A stretch of 64,000 nucleotides of DNA from Candidatus Latescibacterota bacterium (GCA_965226795.1 CBDDDZ010000005.1:416001-480000), one strand, 5' to 3'; shown: positions 21,634 to 31,410, counted from the first letter of the stretch. Translations and numbers: made by a program. The notes: a model not told the origin generated them from the sequence alone.

Positions 21634-22869
21634 TTAGGGATTCCGCTCCGCCGCCGTTCCCCGGCCTGAATCAGCCGGAGTGGTGCTCCTGGATGACGTC
21701 GTGATCACTGTATCGGATGCGGTTTGACGGGACGGGGAAGGTTGTGTTTCGCCAAGTCCGCGTGGATCACGGAGTTCCTGGCGACTGGCCTGGACCACAT
21801 CGCGGTCATCGATATTCAGAAGGGTTTTGAGGATGCTTCGCCTGCCCACAATAATGCGCAGGTCTGCCGTGGAGCCGTATTTGAGTCGTAGCGGGGTTTC
21901 CACAATGCGAATTTCCAACTCAAAGGTGCGGACGCCGCCACCGTGCACCGCATACCCGTAAAACCTGGAGATTTCGCCGGCGCCGATGAATTTCTCGCGG
22001 TCCGTAAAGAGATTGCTCAGGATTTCGACGGGGTGGCCCAGCCGGACCTTCCAGGCGTTGGTTTCCGGGACCCATGCTTCGATGGTATCGTCCCCGCCTT
22101 CACCGGCGATGATGAGTACGATCTGACCCTGTTCGGCCAGCATGCCGGGATGCAGGTCTCGCCTGGCCACAGTGCCGTTTACCGGCGACCGAAGGGTGGT
22201 CAGTTCGAGGCTTTCCCTCGCCGCCTTCAAAGCGTTTCGTGCTTTGTCCAGCGCGGCGCCGGCGCGGCGAACCTCGGCCGCCGCCTGTCTGAGTTCCGCG
22301 GGCGACGCGCCACGCCGGGTGAGGTTGAGAATCTCGGTTACGACTTTCAGATTGGTTTCCGCGAGTTGATAGTTGGTTTTTGCGCGTTCGAGTTCCTCGA
22401 CGCTCCAGAGGCGCTCGCCCAGGTAGAGGTGTTCGGCCCTCTGCATTTCCTGCTTGCGAGCCTTCAGTGCGATCCGTGCATGTTCGAGCCTGGATTCCGC
22501 AATTTTCAACGCTTCCGGAGTAGGTTTTTCTTTCTGCAGCGCCAGATTCGCCCGGGCGTGTTCCAGGTTGGCTTCGCTGCGCTGGACTTCCTTTTCGGCC
22601 TCTTCGACGGCGGCAAGGAGGTCGCCGCTGTAGAGTTGGACAACCGCCTGCCCGGCTTTGACCGGCGTTCCGGCCTCGCAATGAATGGCTTTAATGACCC
22701 GCTTGAGCGGTGAATCGATATAGATTTTTTCCCCGGGCTCGACAATGCCCTGGGCCATGACCACGTCGTCAATCTCGATAAAAGCCAGGGTAAGTATTAC
22801 AGCCGCCAGCAAACCCGAAATCCACAGCACCCACTTTAACACGCGGTGCCTGCGTCGCCTGCGCATCAT
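21634..22869 (-). CDS. HlyD-family membrane fusion protein
   Basis: Basic N-terminus and one TM helix, lipoyl half-motifs (G..VKAGQ.V; LRSPVNGTV), long coiled-coil hairpin, beta-barrel. Confidence 0.85.
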   Translation of the reverse strand: MMRRRRRHRVLKWVLWISGLLAAVILTLAFIEIDDVVMAQGIVEPGEKIYIDSPLKRVIKAIHCEAGTPVKAGQAVVQLYSGDLLAAVEEAEKEVQRSEANLEHARANLALQKEKPTPEALKIAESRLEHARIALKARKQEMQRAEHLYLGERLWSVEELERAKTNYQLAETNLKVVTEILNLTRRGASPAELRQAAAEVRRAGAALDKARNALKAARESLELTTLRSPVNGTVARRDLHPGMLAEQGQIVLIIAGEGGDDTIEAWVPETNAWKVRLGHPVEILSNLFTDREKFIGAGEISRFYGYAVHGGGVRTFELEIRIVETPLRLKYGSTADLRIIVGRRSILKTLLNIDDRDVVQASRQELRDPRGLGETQPSPSRQTASDTVITTSSRSTTPADSGRGTAAERNP

Positions 22870-22886
22870 TACGGAAACCCTTTTGC

Positions 22887-22915
22887 TTGACAGCGGAGAA
22901 CGGCTTGTCTATATT
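22887..22915 (+). promoter_or_regulatory. Sigma70 promoter of tRNA-Lys
   Basis: TTGACA-17nt-TATATT about 55 nt upstream of the tRNA. Confidence 0.75.
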
Positions 22916-22969
22916 GATCACTTTGCCCGATCACGCACCGGTTTTCGAGGTTTGATCCGGGAACGGAAT

Positions 22970-23041
22970 GGGCCCGTAGCTCAGGGGTAGAGCAGCGGCC
23001 TTTTAAGCCGTTGGTCGAAGGTTCAAATCCTTCCGGGCTCA
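22970..23041 (+). tRNA. tRNA-Lys (UUU), CCA not encoded
   Basis: Acceptor GGGCCCG/CGGGCTC+A; D arm GCTC-AGGGGTA-GAGC; anticodon arm GCGGC-CTTTTAA-GCCGT; T loop GTTCAAATC. Confidence 0.95.
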
Positions 23042-23074
23042 TTTAACTTTTTCAAAATAAAATACTTGCATTAT

Positions 23075-23109
23075 AAAATGGCCCGGATCGAAACAGATCG
23101 GGCTTTTTT
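23075..23109. terminator. Terminator downstream of tRNA-Lys (possibly bidirectional)
   Basis: AAAAT-GGCCCGGATC-GAAACA-GATCGGGCT-TTTTT. Confidence 0.75.
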
Positions 23110-23285
23110 GTTACTTACATCGAATGGTTCCACGATGACGCGAAACGCCAGCGATTTTGGAGTCTTTTAAGTTATCATATCCCATGTTAAAAGTCAAGGC
23201 GATTCAACTCTCCAATTGCGCGGGTACTGACGATCTCCGTCCAATCAGCCGGCTCTCCGGACTATCGGAATTTTGCATTAATGAC

Positions 23286-23335
23286 TTGACAAGGCGCAAT
23301 GACTTTATTATTGTTGACTAACTTGATCAACAATA
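23286..23335 (+). promoter_or_regulatory. cysH promoter with overlapping 9-N9-9 palindromic operator
   Basis: TTGACA(23286)-17nt-TATTGT; perfect inverted repeat TATTGTTGA (23309-23317) / TCAACAATA (23327-23335). Confidence 0.7.
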
Positions 23336-23357
23336 TAGTAAAATAAGCCAGTAGAGG

Positions 23358-24113
23358 ATGTGCATGGATTTCGACCAGCAGAAGATTGGCCGGTTGGCCG
23401 ATGCATTGGAGGGGGCGCCGCCCGAGGAAATCCTGGAGTGGGCCTGGCGAGACCTGGGTCCCGCAGTCGCGATGAGTACGGCATTCGGGGCCAGTGGTGT
23501 GGTTCTCGTGGAAATGGCGCAGAGGGTGGTCCCGCAACTTCCTTTTTTTACAATCGACACCGGGTATCTGTTTCCTGAAACACTTGCGCTCAAAACGCGT
23601 ATCGAGGCGCGGTACGATATTGAGATTCAGTCCTTACGCCCCCGCTTGAGCGTACCCGAGCAGGATCGCGTCTGCGGCCCCGATCTGTACAACCGGGATC
23701 CGGGTCGATGCTGCCGGATGCGCAAGGTGGAACCGCTGCAGCGCAAATTGGCAATCCTGAACGGCTGGATTGCAGGTCTTCGGAGAGATCAGTCCGGAAC
23801 GAGGGCGGGTGTACGCGTCGTGGAAGGATACCGAACCAGCGGCGGTCGGGACGTCACCAAGATAAATCCGCTTGCCGCCTGGACGCGGAAGCAGGTGTGG
23901 GATTACATCATTGAAAATGATCTGCCGTACAATTCGCTCATGGACCAGGGCTATTCAAGCATCGGCTGTTGGCCCTGCACCCGGCCGGCAGCGCCCGGCG
24001 CCGACGAACGCGCGGGCCGCTGGGCGGGCACGTCCAAATCGGAATGCGGCATGCACGTACCGTTGATAGAGGTCGAAATACCGGAAGCGGAGGGGCAACT
24101 GGCGGCGGGATAA
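23358..24113 (+). CDS. cysH: APS/PAPS reductase, Fe-S (APS-type) cysteine pattern
   Basis: STAFG, IDTGYLF.ET, CCRMRKVEPL, GLRRDQS, SIGCWPCT, GRW, ECGMH. Confidence 0.93.
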   Translation: MCMDFDQQKIGRLADALEGAPPEEILEWAWRDLGPAVAMSTAFGASGVVLVEMAQRVVPQLPFFTIDTGYLFPETLALKTRIEARYDIEIQSLRPRLSVPEQDRVCGPDLYNRDPGRCCRMRKVEPLQRKLAILNGWIAGLRRDQSGTRAGVRVVEGYRTSGGRDVTKINPLAAWTRKQVWDYIIENDLPYNSLMDQGYSSIGCWPCTRPAAPGADERAGRWAGTSKSECGMHVPLIEVEIPEAEGQLAAG

Positions 24114-24218
24114 TCGGAGCTGAATAGACAACGGTACCGGACAGACCTGATCTTCATTGGCGGAAGCCCTACAAGCTTCCGCCTTTGTATTTCGTCCGGC
24201 GAACCCGCTTTTGGATCT

Positions 24219-25155
24219 GTAGGGGCAACCCTTGTGGTTGCCCACGGTATGGCGAGGATCTCGCTGGTTTCCATGGGCAGTCCGTAATACCATCTACTTT
24301 AGCATGAACGCTGAAGCTTGTTGCCAACTAAGCTATTATTTTGTCTTTTTTTACGCCCTTTTTCTTTCTCGCCAAAGAAAAAGGGCCAAAAAGAACGGCG
24401 CCTGCCTGCCGAGCACGACTCGGCGCAGGCAGGCCGCTCGGCGTGGGGCCGGTTTTTCCGCGAATCGCCTAACTGGTGAATACAGGCGCCTGTGCCCTGC
24501 GTGCAAGTCAGGTGTACGAGTAACATGGTGGTGGACGGATTAACGCGGAAAAACCCCCCTCACCCCCGGAAGCGCGAGGGATGGAGCGCGAAGAATCCGC
24601 CTCCGCCCGCGCAGCGGGTGACCTGTTGGCCGGCGGTTTATCGGGACAACAGGGGACGCCTGGTTCTGGCGTTCGAGGCTGATGGTGAGCGGCGCGATTG
24701 TTGCCGCGAACAAACCCCCCACTCCGCCACCGGTCGCATGGGGGATAAATCACAGCATGGGGCGCTTAGTGTTGGTGTTCCAGGTTGCTGGTGAGCGGCG
24801 CGATTCTTGCGGCGAACAGGCCCCCCACTCCACTACCGAGCGGGGGGCCTGTTTTCTCGCGCAGTACCGCCGTATGGATTGACGGTCGTACCGCTTTTTC
24901 CCTGTCTGATGCCCGATTGGTTAAACTCCCTCTCTCCTCACAGGTGAGGGGGCCGGGGGAGATGTCCCCGGGACCGAGGGCTTCCAGCCCTCGACGCGCC
25001 GTTGTTGCATTTGCAGGGGCACTCTCAGAGTTGCCCACATAACGGCGCAGACTTCGCTGATTAACATCGCGGGTCCGTATCGCTGCCGGTGTTAGCTGAT
25101 TGCTGTAAACTGACTGCTGATCGCTGCTTTGTAGGGGCAACTTTCAAAGTTACCC
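24219..25155 (+). repeat. Modular repeat cluster, copy C (REP, head hairpin, 62-nt cassette, two tandem type-2 modules, degenerate REP, heptamer tail, REP)
   Basis: REP 24219-24243; head ~24355-24402; cassette 24471-24532; type-2 modules 24671-24732 and 24777-24838; 24976-25127 matches 15822-15968; REP 25131-25155. Confidence 0.9.
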
Positions 25156-25363
25156 GCATATTGGCATTGCGGGAGACTTACATTCGGTGAGCATCTTATG
25201 GGGAATTGAGAGCTTGGTGCGGAAGGGTGCCGACTATGTTTTCGAGTGCGTTCAGCGGACAGAATAGAGAACGCCGATAGGGATCAGACGCAAGAATCTC
25301 GACAGGCAGGATGGCTGCTTCTACGATATAAACGTGTACAATCACAGTCCGGACAAGATAGAG

Positions 25364-27413
25364 CTAACTGTCGAAGTTCGTTCCGAAGGCCCTCGAGAAA
25401 ATCAGAAAGTCTGAAAAGCCAACCTCGGCATCCTCATCCAGATCGAACGAGGGATCGAAATTCTCGTCGGCTGAGGACAGGCCGAACGCTTTCGCAAATG
25501 CAATGAAATCCGGGAACGCGACCGTCCCGTCGCGGTCGAAGTCGGGAGAAGGCGGTTTCCCTTCTACGACGGTCAATTTATAGTAATGAAACATAAAGAA
25601 CCCACCACCACCCGGGAAATCAGCACCCTTAAAGTCCTGCTGTGCCCCCACATTGAGCAAATATTCTCCGATTTCTCCCCGGGCAAAAAAGATGTTTCTA
25701 CTGAATCGCCCGTTCGTGACCGGTGCTCGCAAGATTTTCTCGTGTTCGTCGTTATAGATATGAAATTTGACTTCAATAGAAAAGGACGAATCGGACACGG
25801 TGCCACTGATCCAGATGGCCTGCCTGGTGCTGACTTGGAGAGGTAGTGGAGGGTGTAAGGTAATACGGGGCGGATAACCCGCCGGCAGATCAAGACGCGG
25901 AGAATAATCCTTCGGGATGGGAATAAACTGGGCGCGAATTTTGCCGTTTGGATCGGCATGAATGGTCAGTGTTGTCGGGCTTCGATCTCCCATAACGACG
26001 TATATAGGTCGAAGATAGTTGGTGAATCACCCCACTGACGGTGACTGCGCCGAAAGAGTCCGGTTTGACGGCCCATTGGTCGTGGTTGTGTTGATACCCA
26101 CCCTCAGGCCAAAGCACATATTCCATGGGGAGCGGGAAGGCTCGACCTTGCGAAATGTTGTTTACGAGAGGAGCTGTCGTATAATTGAGCCTGGGGTTGA
26201 GGCCCAGCCCACTCAAAAACAACCTCGATACGTGCCGCTCGAAGATGTCTACGATTGGGCTACCGGTTGCATTCTCGATATTTGCAACTCCAGATTTACT
26301 TGTTTGTACCAGCCGTGTCACAATTCCCGAGCCAAATTCCTCAATGAGACTGCGTATGAACATGTAGGCGGCGCCTCGTCTCGCTTGTTCCGGAGAAGAC
26401 GGTGCACCAAGGGCTCCCCTCTCCGTATTCCGGAAGAAGACATCGACATCCAGGCGCTTGCTTCTGCTAAACTCACCGATCAGATCTTCAGCGACATGAG
26501 ATAACCCTTCATTGAGCCATGTTTCTTCCGATTGCCCGTTACGTAGCAACACGTGTTGATTGAAGCTGATGAGATGTTGAAACTCATGGGCAATCACGGG
26601 ATCGAAGTCGTTGGGCTTAAGATCTGGATTGACGTAGAACATATCCGATCGATTTCCATTGCCTCCCTGGCGCGCGGGCAGAAGCGCCAGGGCATCGAAA
26701 ATACCCCATGCACCTGCGAAAAGAACGTTGGGGTCAGGATCCGTCAGGTGGGTGTAGAGGAAATGGACTCTGCCATCGTTATCTACGTCTGATTCACTTC
26801 CGAATGCGGATGTGATTTTGGGATAGGTCTTTGTACTGAAGCGGTCGACTTGTGCCTGGATCTGCTCCTTGCTCACTCTGCTGGTATCGGCCACGTCCAC
26901 ATAGGCATTTGCCCGCTGGCTCGTCGCATAGAGGACGGCTGTAATTGTGGTATCTTCCTCGATAATCCAGCAAGCATAGCCAGGAAAGACAAAATCTCGG
27001 GTACTGCCGATTTGTTGGGATACAATCTTCGCTGCCGGTGCGTGATAACCACCGGACTGTTGAAGGCGGCCCGCAAGTCCGCGTTCTTGGTTTCGCAGCG
27101 TGGCTTCTAGACTGGCGCTGTTCGGGAGGTTTGTTGGCCGTCTTGCCCCGTCAAAATGCACCATTGCCGGTTCCGAATCGCCAAAGGCGGCAGTTTCGGA
27201 GAAGCCGAACGGATGGCCAATTCCAAATCCACTGGTTTCCACGTCAGTCTGTGTGGAATAGACGATCAACTGATAGTCGCGGTCTGAAAAATCCAGTGTC
27301 AATGTGGTTGAACCTTCAGCGAGATCGACCTTGAAGGGTTCGCCGATTTCCTGAGCGAAAAGCGGCTGAAAGCAGATCAATAACAAGAACAAAGAACTAG
27401 CAAGGTATCTCAT
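25364..27413 (-). pseudogene. Secreted zinc metallopeptidase (M30/gluzincin-like) with C-terminal paired EF-hand/dockerin-like tail; one frameshift near 25995
   Basis: Signal peptide MRYLASSLFLLLICFQPLFA; SDVDNDGRV, AHEFQHLI, WLNEGLSH in ORF 25890..27545; natural continuation in another frame (ORF 25364..25993) ending PDFDRDGTVAFPDFIAFAKAFG..FDLDEDAEVGFSDFLIF. Confidence 0.75.
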
Positions 27414-27720
27414 TCTGAGCCTCGACTCACGATGTAGACCGACCTCACCTTTGAATGCGGATATGCATGGTGTCCCACAAGTGACTAAGATAGTTCGCCT
27501 GGCGTGTCGGGCCAAGTATATTTTTCGCGCATTAGTTGGACTCATAGTAAGAATGTAGCCTCCCGGCGTCCAATGCCCTGTGATCTGCGTGGTCAGATTT
27601 TGGGAAGTCCATCTGGCTCAGAACGCCGGTTGCCACGAGCGGTTTGAACTGGATGTTGGGCTGCCAGTTGATCTTAGCGCAGAAAGTCCGGATTTCATGT
27701 CAGACGCCTCAGGTGTCGCC

Positions 27721-28130
27721 GTTCTATGCTGATGGTGAGCGGCGCGGTTTTTGCCACGAACAAACCCCTATCACCACAACCGGGCGGGCGACTGGAGTAC
27801 CCATGAAGCCGCAAGCCATTGCGCGCCGCGTTTGTGTTTGTAGGGGCAACCCTTGTGGTTGCCCACATAACGGCGCAGACTTCGCCAATTGACATCGCGG
27901 GCCCGTATCGCTGACTCTACGCCGAACGAAATCTGTAGGGGCGACCGGCCGGTCGCCCCTACCCCAATCGGACGAAACGCCCCGATGATGTCGAAGAGGC
28001 TCTGTAGCCGGTGTAGGGCTAATCAGAGTCGCACGCGTCGCATTGTGCGACACATTGGAACGAGGGCGTATCTTCCGCTCAATTGTCGGACAATATAGCC
28101 AAAGATTCTCGCGGGTTCTGTGCTGTATGT
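27721..28130 (+). repeat. Modular repeat cluster with modules in a different order
   Basis: Type-2 module 27721-27790; REP 27840-27864 with tail matching 25031-25083; perfect 28-bp palindrome GTAGGGGCGACCGGCCGGTCGCCCCTAC 27935-27962; module ~28039-28117 resembles ~15688-15767. Confidence 0.85.
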
Positions 28131-28344
28131 TCACGCTGACCGCTAATCGCTATTCGCACCTTTATCAAAGGAAACCACGCCGGTATCTAACGTGATGCCT
28201 TTCGAGAGGACTTCCAGAGCAGAGCGCGCAGTTCCGTCCATCTCCAAGTACGGGTATGCGCCTTCGTTGTCAGGGCAGCAGGTCATGTGCGACCCGTGAG
28301 GCAATTCGCGCTGTGCATATGGCAGGCCCCGCGCCCAGCGGCGA

Positions 28345-28925
28345 CTTTTGGTTCCTTTTGGTCGCTTCAAAAGGAACCCGCCGGAGGCAGGGAATTTGGG
28401 GAGAGGTTGCGAATTTGGATTCCATTTTTTCGATTTTAATTTATGCCCTTTTTCTTTCTCGTCAAGAAAGTCGCAAAAGGAACGATGCTGCCCAGGCGCT
28501 GCGGGCTATGTAGGCGTTTCCGGACTGCCATGCTGAGCGGACGAGCGCAGAAAGGCCCCTTCCCCCCAGACTGGGCACCTGCAAGACGGGGCGACCGATA
28601 TAGCGCAGGCCTTTCCCTTCCTCCCCGCGGGCGGTTCGCGAACCGCCCCTACAAAACCTGGCATCCTTGATATTGATATCGCCCTGTTTCGCGTCGCCCT
28701 GGCATTCGTAGGGGCGACCGGCGGTCGCCCTACAGAGATATTTCCGAGAATTGACTTCGTCAGGCCATCTCGATGTCTGGAGGACGCGGGGTGGTGTCCT
28801 CGACCGTCTCCCTTCTCACCGCCTTTCGTGGTTGCCCGCCTGATGTCGCAGATATAACTGATTGACGTCGCGCGTCCGTATCGCTAACCGTTTTGGCTGA
28901 CAGCTAACCGCTGTTCTTGCTGACT
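28345..28925. repeat. Degenerate head hairpins, GTAG REPs and heptamer tail upstream of cysM
   Basis: Hairpin GTTCCTTTTG/CAAAAGGAAC 28351-28377; head-like GCCCTTTTTCTTTCTCG at 28445; REPs 28629-28652 and 28708-28733; CGCGTCCGTATCGC plus GCTAA/GCTGA units ~28870-28925. Confidence 0.7.
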
Positions 28926-29011
28926 TCCGCCGTTTACGCTTGACAAAGCCGGTCGTCGGTATATATTATTTTTGCTGCTTGGTCCCGGGCAACACGGGGC
29001 CATTTTTATAG

Positions 29012-30004
29012 GTGATCGGGGTGTATCCCACCCGCACGATCGGGAAGAGGTGGCTTGTGGGGCATCAGGCGCGGACGTCAAAGAAAAGTTCCCGAATTCA
29101 GCCGACAATTGTCGACGCCATCGGCAAGACGCCGCTTTTGCGCATCCGGAAGTTTGCGGATCACCTGGCTGGCGTTGAGATTTACGCGAAAATGGAGATG
29201 TTCAACCCGGGCGGATCGGTGAAGGACCGGCCGGCGTTGCAGATGATCCGGGATGCCATCGCGTCCGGTGAGTTGACACCCGATCGGGTGATTATCGATT
29301 CGACGTCCGGCAATACGGGAATCGCCTACGCGATGATCGGCGCGGCGCTGGGGTATCGGGTGGAACTGGTGATGCCGGGCAGCGTGAGCGTGGAACGCCG
29401 GCACGTGATTCAGGCCTACGGGGCGAGCCTTGTTATGAGCGATCCGCTGGAAGGCTCCGATGGCGCCATTCTGAAGTGCAGGGAGATTCTGGCGGCCAAG
29501 CCGGAGCGTTATTACAAACCGGATCAGTACAATAACCCTTCGAATCCCAGGGCGCACTATCTGCAGACGGCGCCGGAGATCTGGCGGCAGACGCGGGGGC
29601 GCGTGACCCATTTCGTGGCGACCCTCGGCACCAGCGGCACGTTGATCGGCACCGGCCGGCGGTTGAAGGAGTACAACCCCGACGTCCGGATAGTGGCCGT
29701 GGAACCGCACGAGTTTCACGGAATCGAAGGCCTGAAGAATATGGACGTATCCATCGTGCCGGGAATTTACGACCCTTCGGTGTGGGATCAGAAGATCCGC
29801 GTGGAGACCGAAGATGCCTACGCGGCCGCGAGGCGGTTGACGCGCGAGCTAGGCATTCCTGCCGGACAGTCGTGCGGTGCGGCCTTCGCGGGGGCTTTGC
29901 GCGTGGCCGAGGAGGCGGGCGAAGGGGTTGTGGTTACCCTTTTCGCGGACAGCGGAGAGAAATATATGAGCACCCCGTTGTGGCGTCTGGACGAGCCGGT
30001 TTGA
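29012..30004 (+). CDS. cysM: Cysteine synthase B-type (CysM-like), probably sulfur-carrier dependent; start uncertain
   Basis: IGKTPL, KMEMFNPGGSVKDR, STSGNTGIA, DQYNNPSN, LGTSGT, IEGLKN; directly followed by JAB peptidase and MoaD-like genes. Confidence 0.85.
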   Translation: MIGVYPTRTIGKRWLVGHQARTSKKSSRIQPTIVDAIGKTPLLRIRKFADHLAGVEIYAKMEMFNPGGSVKDRPALQMIRDAIASGELTPDRVIIDSTSGNTGIAYAMIGAALGYRVELVMPGSVSVERRHVIQAYGASLVMSDPLEGSDGAILKCREILAAKPERYYKPDQYNNPSNPRAHYLQTAPEIWRQTRGRVTHFVATLGTSGTLIGTGRRLKEYNPDVRIVAVEPHEFHGIEGLKNMDVSIVPGIYDPSVWDQKIRVETEDAYAAARRLTRELGIPAGQSCGAAFAGALRVAEEAGEGVVVTLFADSGEKYMSTPLWRLDEPV

Positions 30005-30016
30005 AGGAGGGCGGTT

Positions 30017-30484
30017 TTGGATCGGGCGGTCTGGAAACAGATTTACGAACATGCGCGCAAGGATTATCCGGCCGAGTGCTGCGGGATCGTGGCAGTCGGG
30101 ACGGACGGCGTCTACAAGGTGCATCCGTGCGAGAATATACAGGACCGGCTGCACGCCCGAAACCCTGAGGAACACCCCCGCACCTCCAGGAACGCTTACC
30201 GGATGGACGATCTGGAGGTTCACCGGATATTTACGGAGACAGAAAGCGCGGGCGGCCATGTGGTGGCGTTTTATCATTCGCACATCGACTGCGGCGCGTA
30301 TTTTTCCGAGGAAGATCGCCAGGCCGCCATGTTTATGGACGAACCGGCTTTTCCGAATGTGGTGTACATCGTGGTCTCCGTTGTGGACGGAGCTGTTCGG
30401 GACGCGGCCGGGTTCGGATGGGACGAAAATACGAAGACATTTGCGGAGACGGCGCTGGAGGGTTACAATCCCGCAATCCATTAG
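30017..30484 (+). CDS. mec: JAB/MPN (Mov34) metallopeptidase, Mec-like
   Basis: YPAECCG, FYHSH....YFSEED JAMM motif; TTG start with AAGGAGG RBS. Confidence 0.88.
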   Translation: MDRAVWKQIYEHARKDYPAECCGIVAVGTDGVYKVHPCENIQDRLHARNPEEHPRTSRNAYRMDDLEVHRIFTETESAGGHVVAFYHSHIDCGAYFSEEDRQAAMFMDEPAFPNVVYIVVSVVDGAVRDAAGFGWDENTKTFAETALEGYNPAIH

Positions 30485-30636
30485 AAATCGGATCGCAAGT
30501 GGGTATGGCTATGGGTGGAGTATCGGTCGCGCATGGGGGAAGAAGTGGCCTCACTCGGGAAAGAACGGACAGATTCGACACAGCTGAATTGCAATCCCGG
30601 CAACGCAATACAACCACCATTCAGGAGGTTCATACG

Positions 30637-30921
30637 ATGGGCTTGACCGTACGGATTCCGACGCCATTGCGAAAATTCACGGGTGATCGCACGGATGTCG
30701 AAGCCAGCGGAGCAACACTGGGCGAGCTGCTCGACGATCTGGAATCGAAACATCCGGGTATCAAGGAGAATCTGGTCGACGCCGGCACCGGTGGTTTGCG
30801 CCGGTTCGTAAACGTGTACGTCAACGACGAGGACGTTCGTTTTCTGGAGGGTACGGAGACGCCGCTGAAAGACGGCGACAGCGTGACGATTGTTCCGGCC
30901 ATCGCCGGAGGGCGGTGTTAA
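30637..30921 (+). CDS. cysO: Ubiquitin-like sulfur carrier (MoaD/CysO family) ending GG-Arg-Cys
   Basis: VRIPTPLR, LRRFVNVYVNDEDVRFL.G.ETPLKDGD.V.IVPAIAGG followed by RC-stop; AGGAGG RBS before ATG 30637. Confidence 0.88.
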   Translation: MGLTVRIPTPLRKFTGDRTDVEASGATLGELLDDLESKHPGIKENLVDAGTGGLRRFVNVYVNDEDVRFLEGTETPLKDGDSVTIVPAIAGGRC

Positions 30922-30981
30922 ACTGAAAAACGTTTTGCAGGTGGGGTATGTGTCACCCGCCTGTCCATTGGGAGGCCGCCT

Positions 30982-31410
30982 GTGCAAATCTCCTCAAAGG
31001 GAAACTACGGATTGCGGGCCATATTGGATCTGGCGCTGCATTACGGCGAGGGGGTTGTACAGAGTGCGGATATTGCCTCCCGGCAGGATATTCCGGAATC
31101 CTATCTTGTACAGTTGCTGAATCTGCTGCGCAATGCCGGGCTGGTGCGGAGCGTCAGAGGTCCCAGGGGCGGCCACGAACTGATCCGGCGGCCCGAGGAT
31201 ATTACAGTGGGGGCGGTCCTGGAGGTCCTTGAGGGTCCGATCCAACTCACCGGAGAATCGACGGAGAGCGAGTACGGGGCAAAGGATGTTTTGCGGGAAG
31301 TCTATGAACGGTTGGAGGCAGCGGTGGAGGAAGTTCTGGCATCAGTAACGATAGGTGACCTCTGCACGAGATACCGAACCCAACGCGGGCGTATCGTCTT
31401 TCGAATCTAG
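30982..31410 (+). CDS. Rrf2-family regulator, CymR-like (no Fe-S Cys triad)
   Basis: ISSKGNYGLRA, IPESYL.Q, LVRSVRGPRGG, LEGP; lacks the IscR cysteines; C-terminus IVFRI. Confidence 0.88.
   Translation: MQISSKGNYGLRAILDLALHYGEGVVQSADIASRQDIPESYLVQLLNLLRNAGLVRSVRGPRGGHELIRRPEDITVGAVLEVLEGPIQLTGESTESEYGAKDVLREVYERLEAAVEEVLASVTIGDLCTRYRTQRGRIVFRI

Noticed and set aside
24219..25155. CRISPR array
   Set aside because: No run of identical 23-47 nt repeats with regular spacers; modules are long, degenerate and dispersed; no cas genes in the window.
22970..28930. Integrative element at tRNA-Lys
   Set aside because: No integrase, and no duplicated tRNA 3' end was seen; the adjacent gene is cysH.
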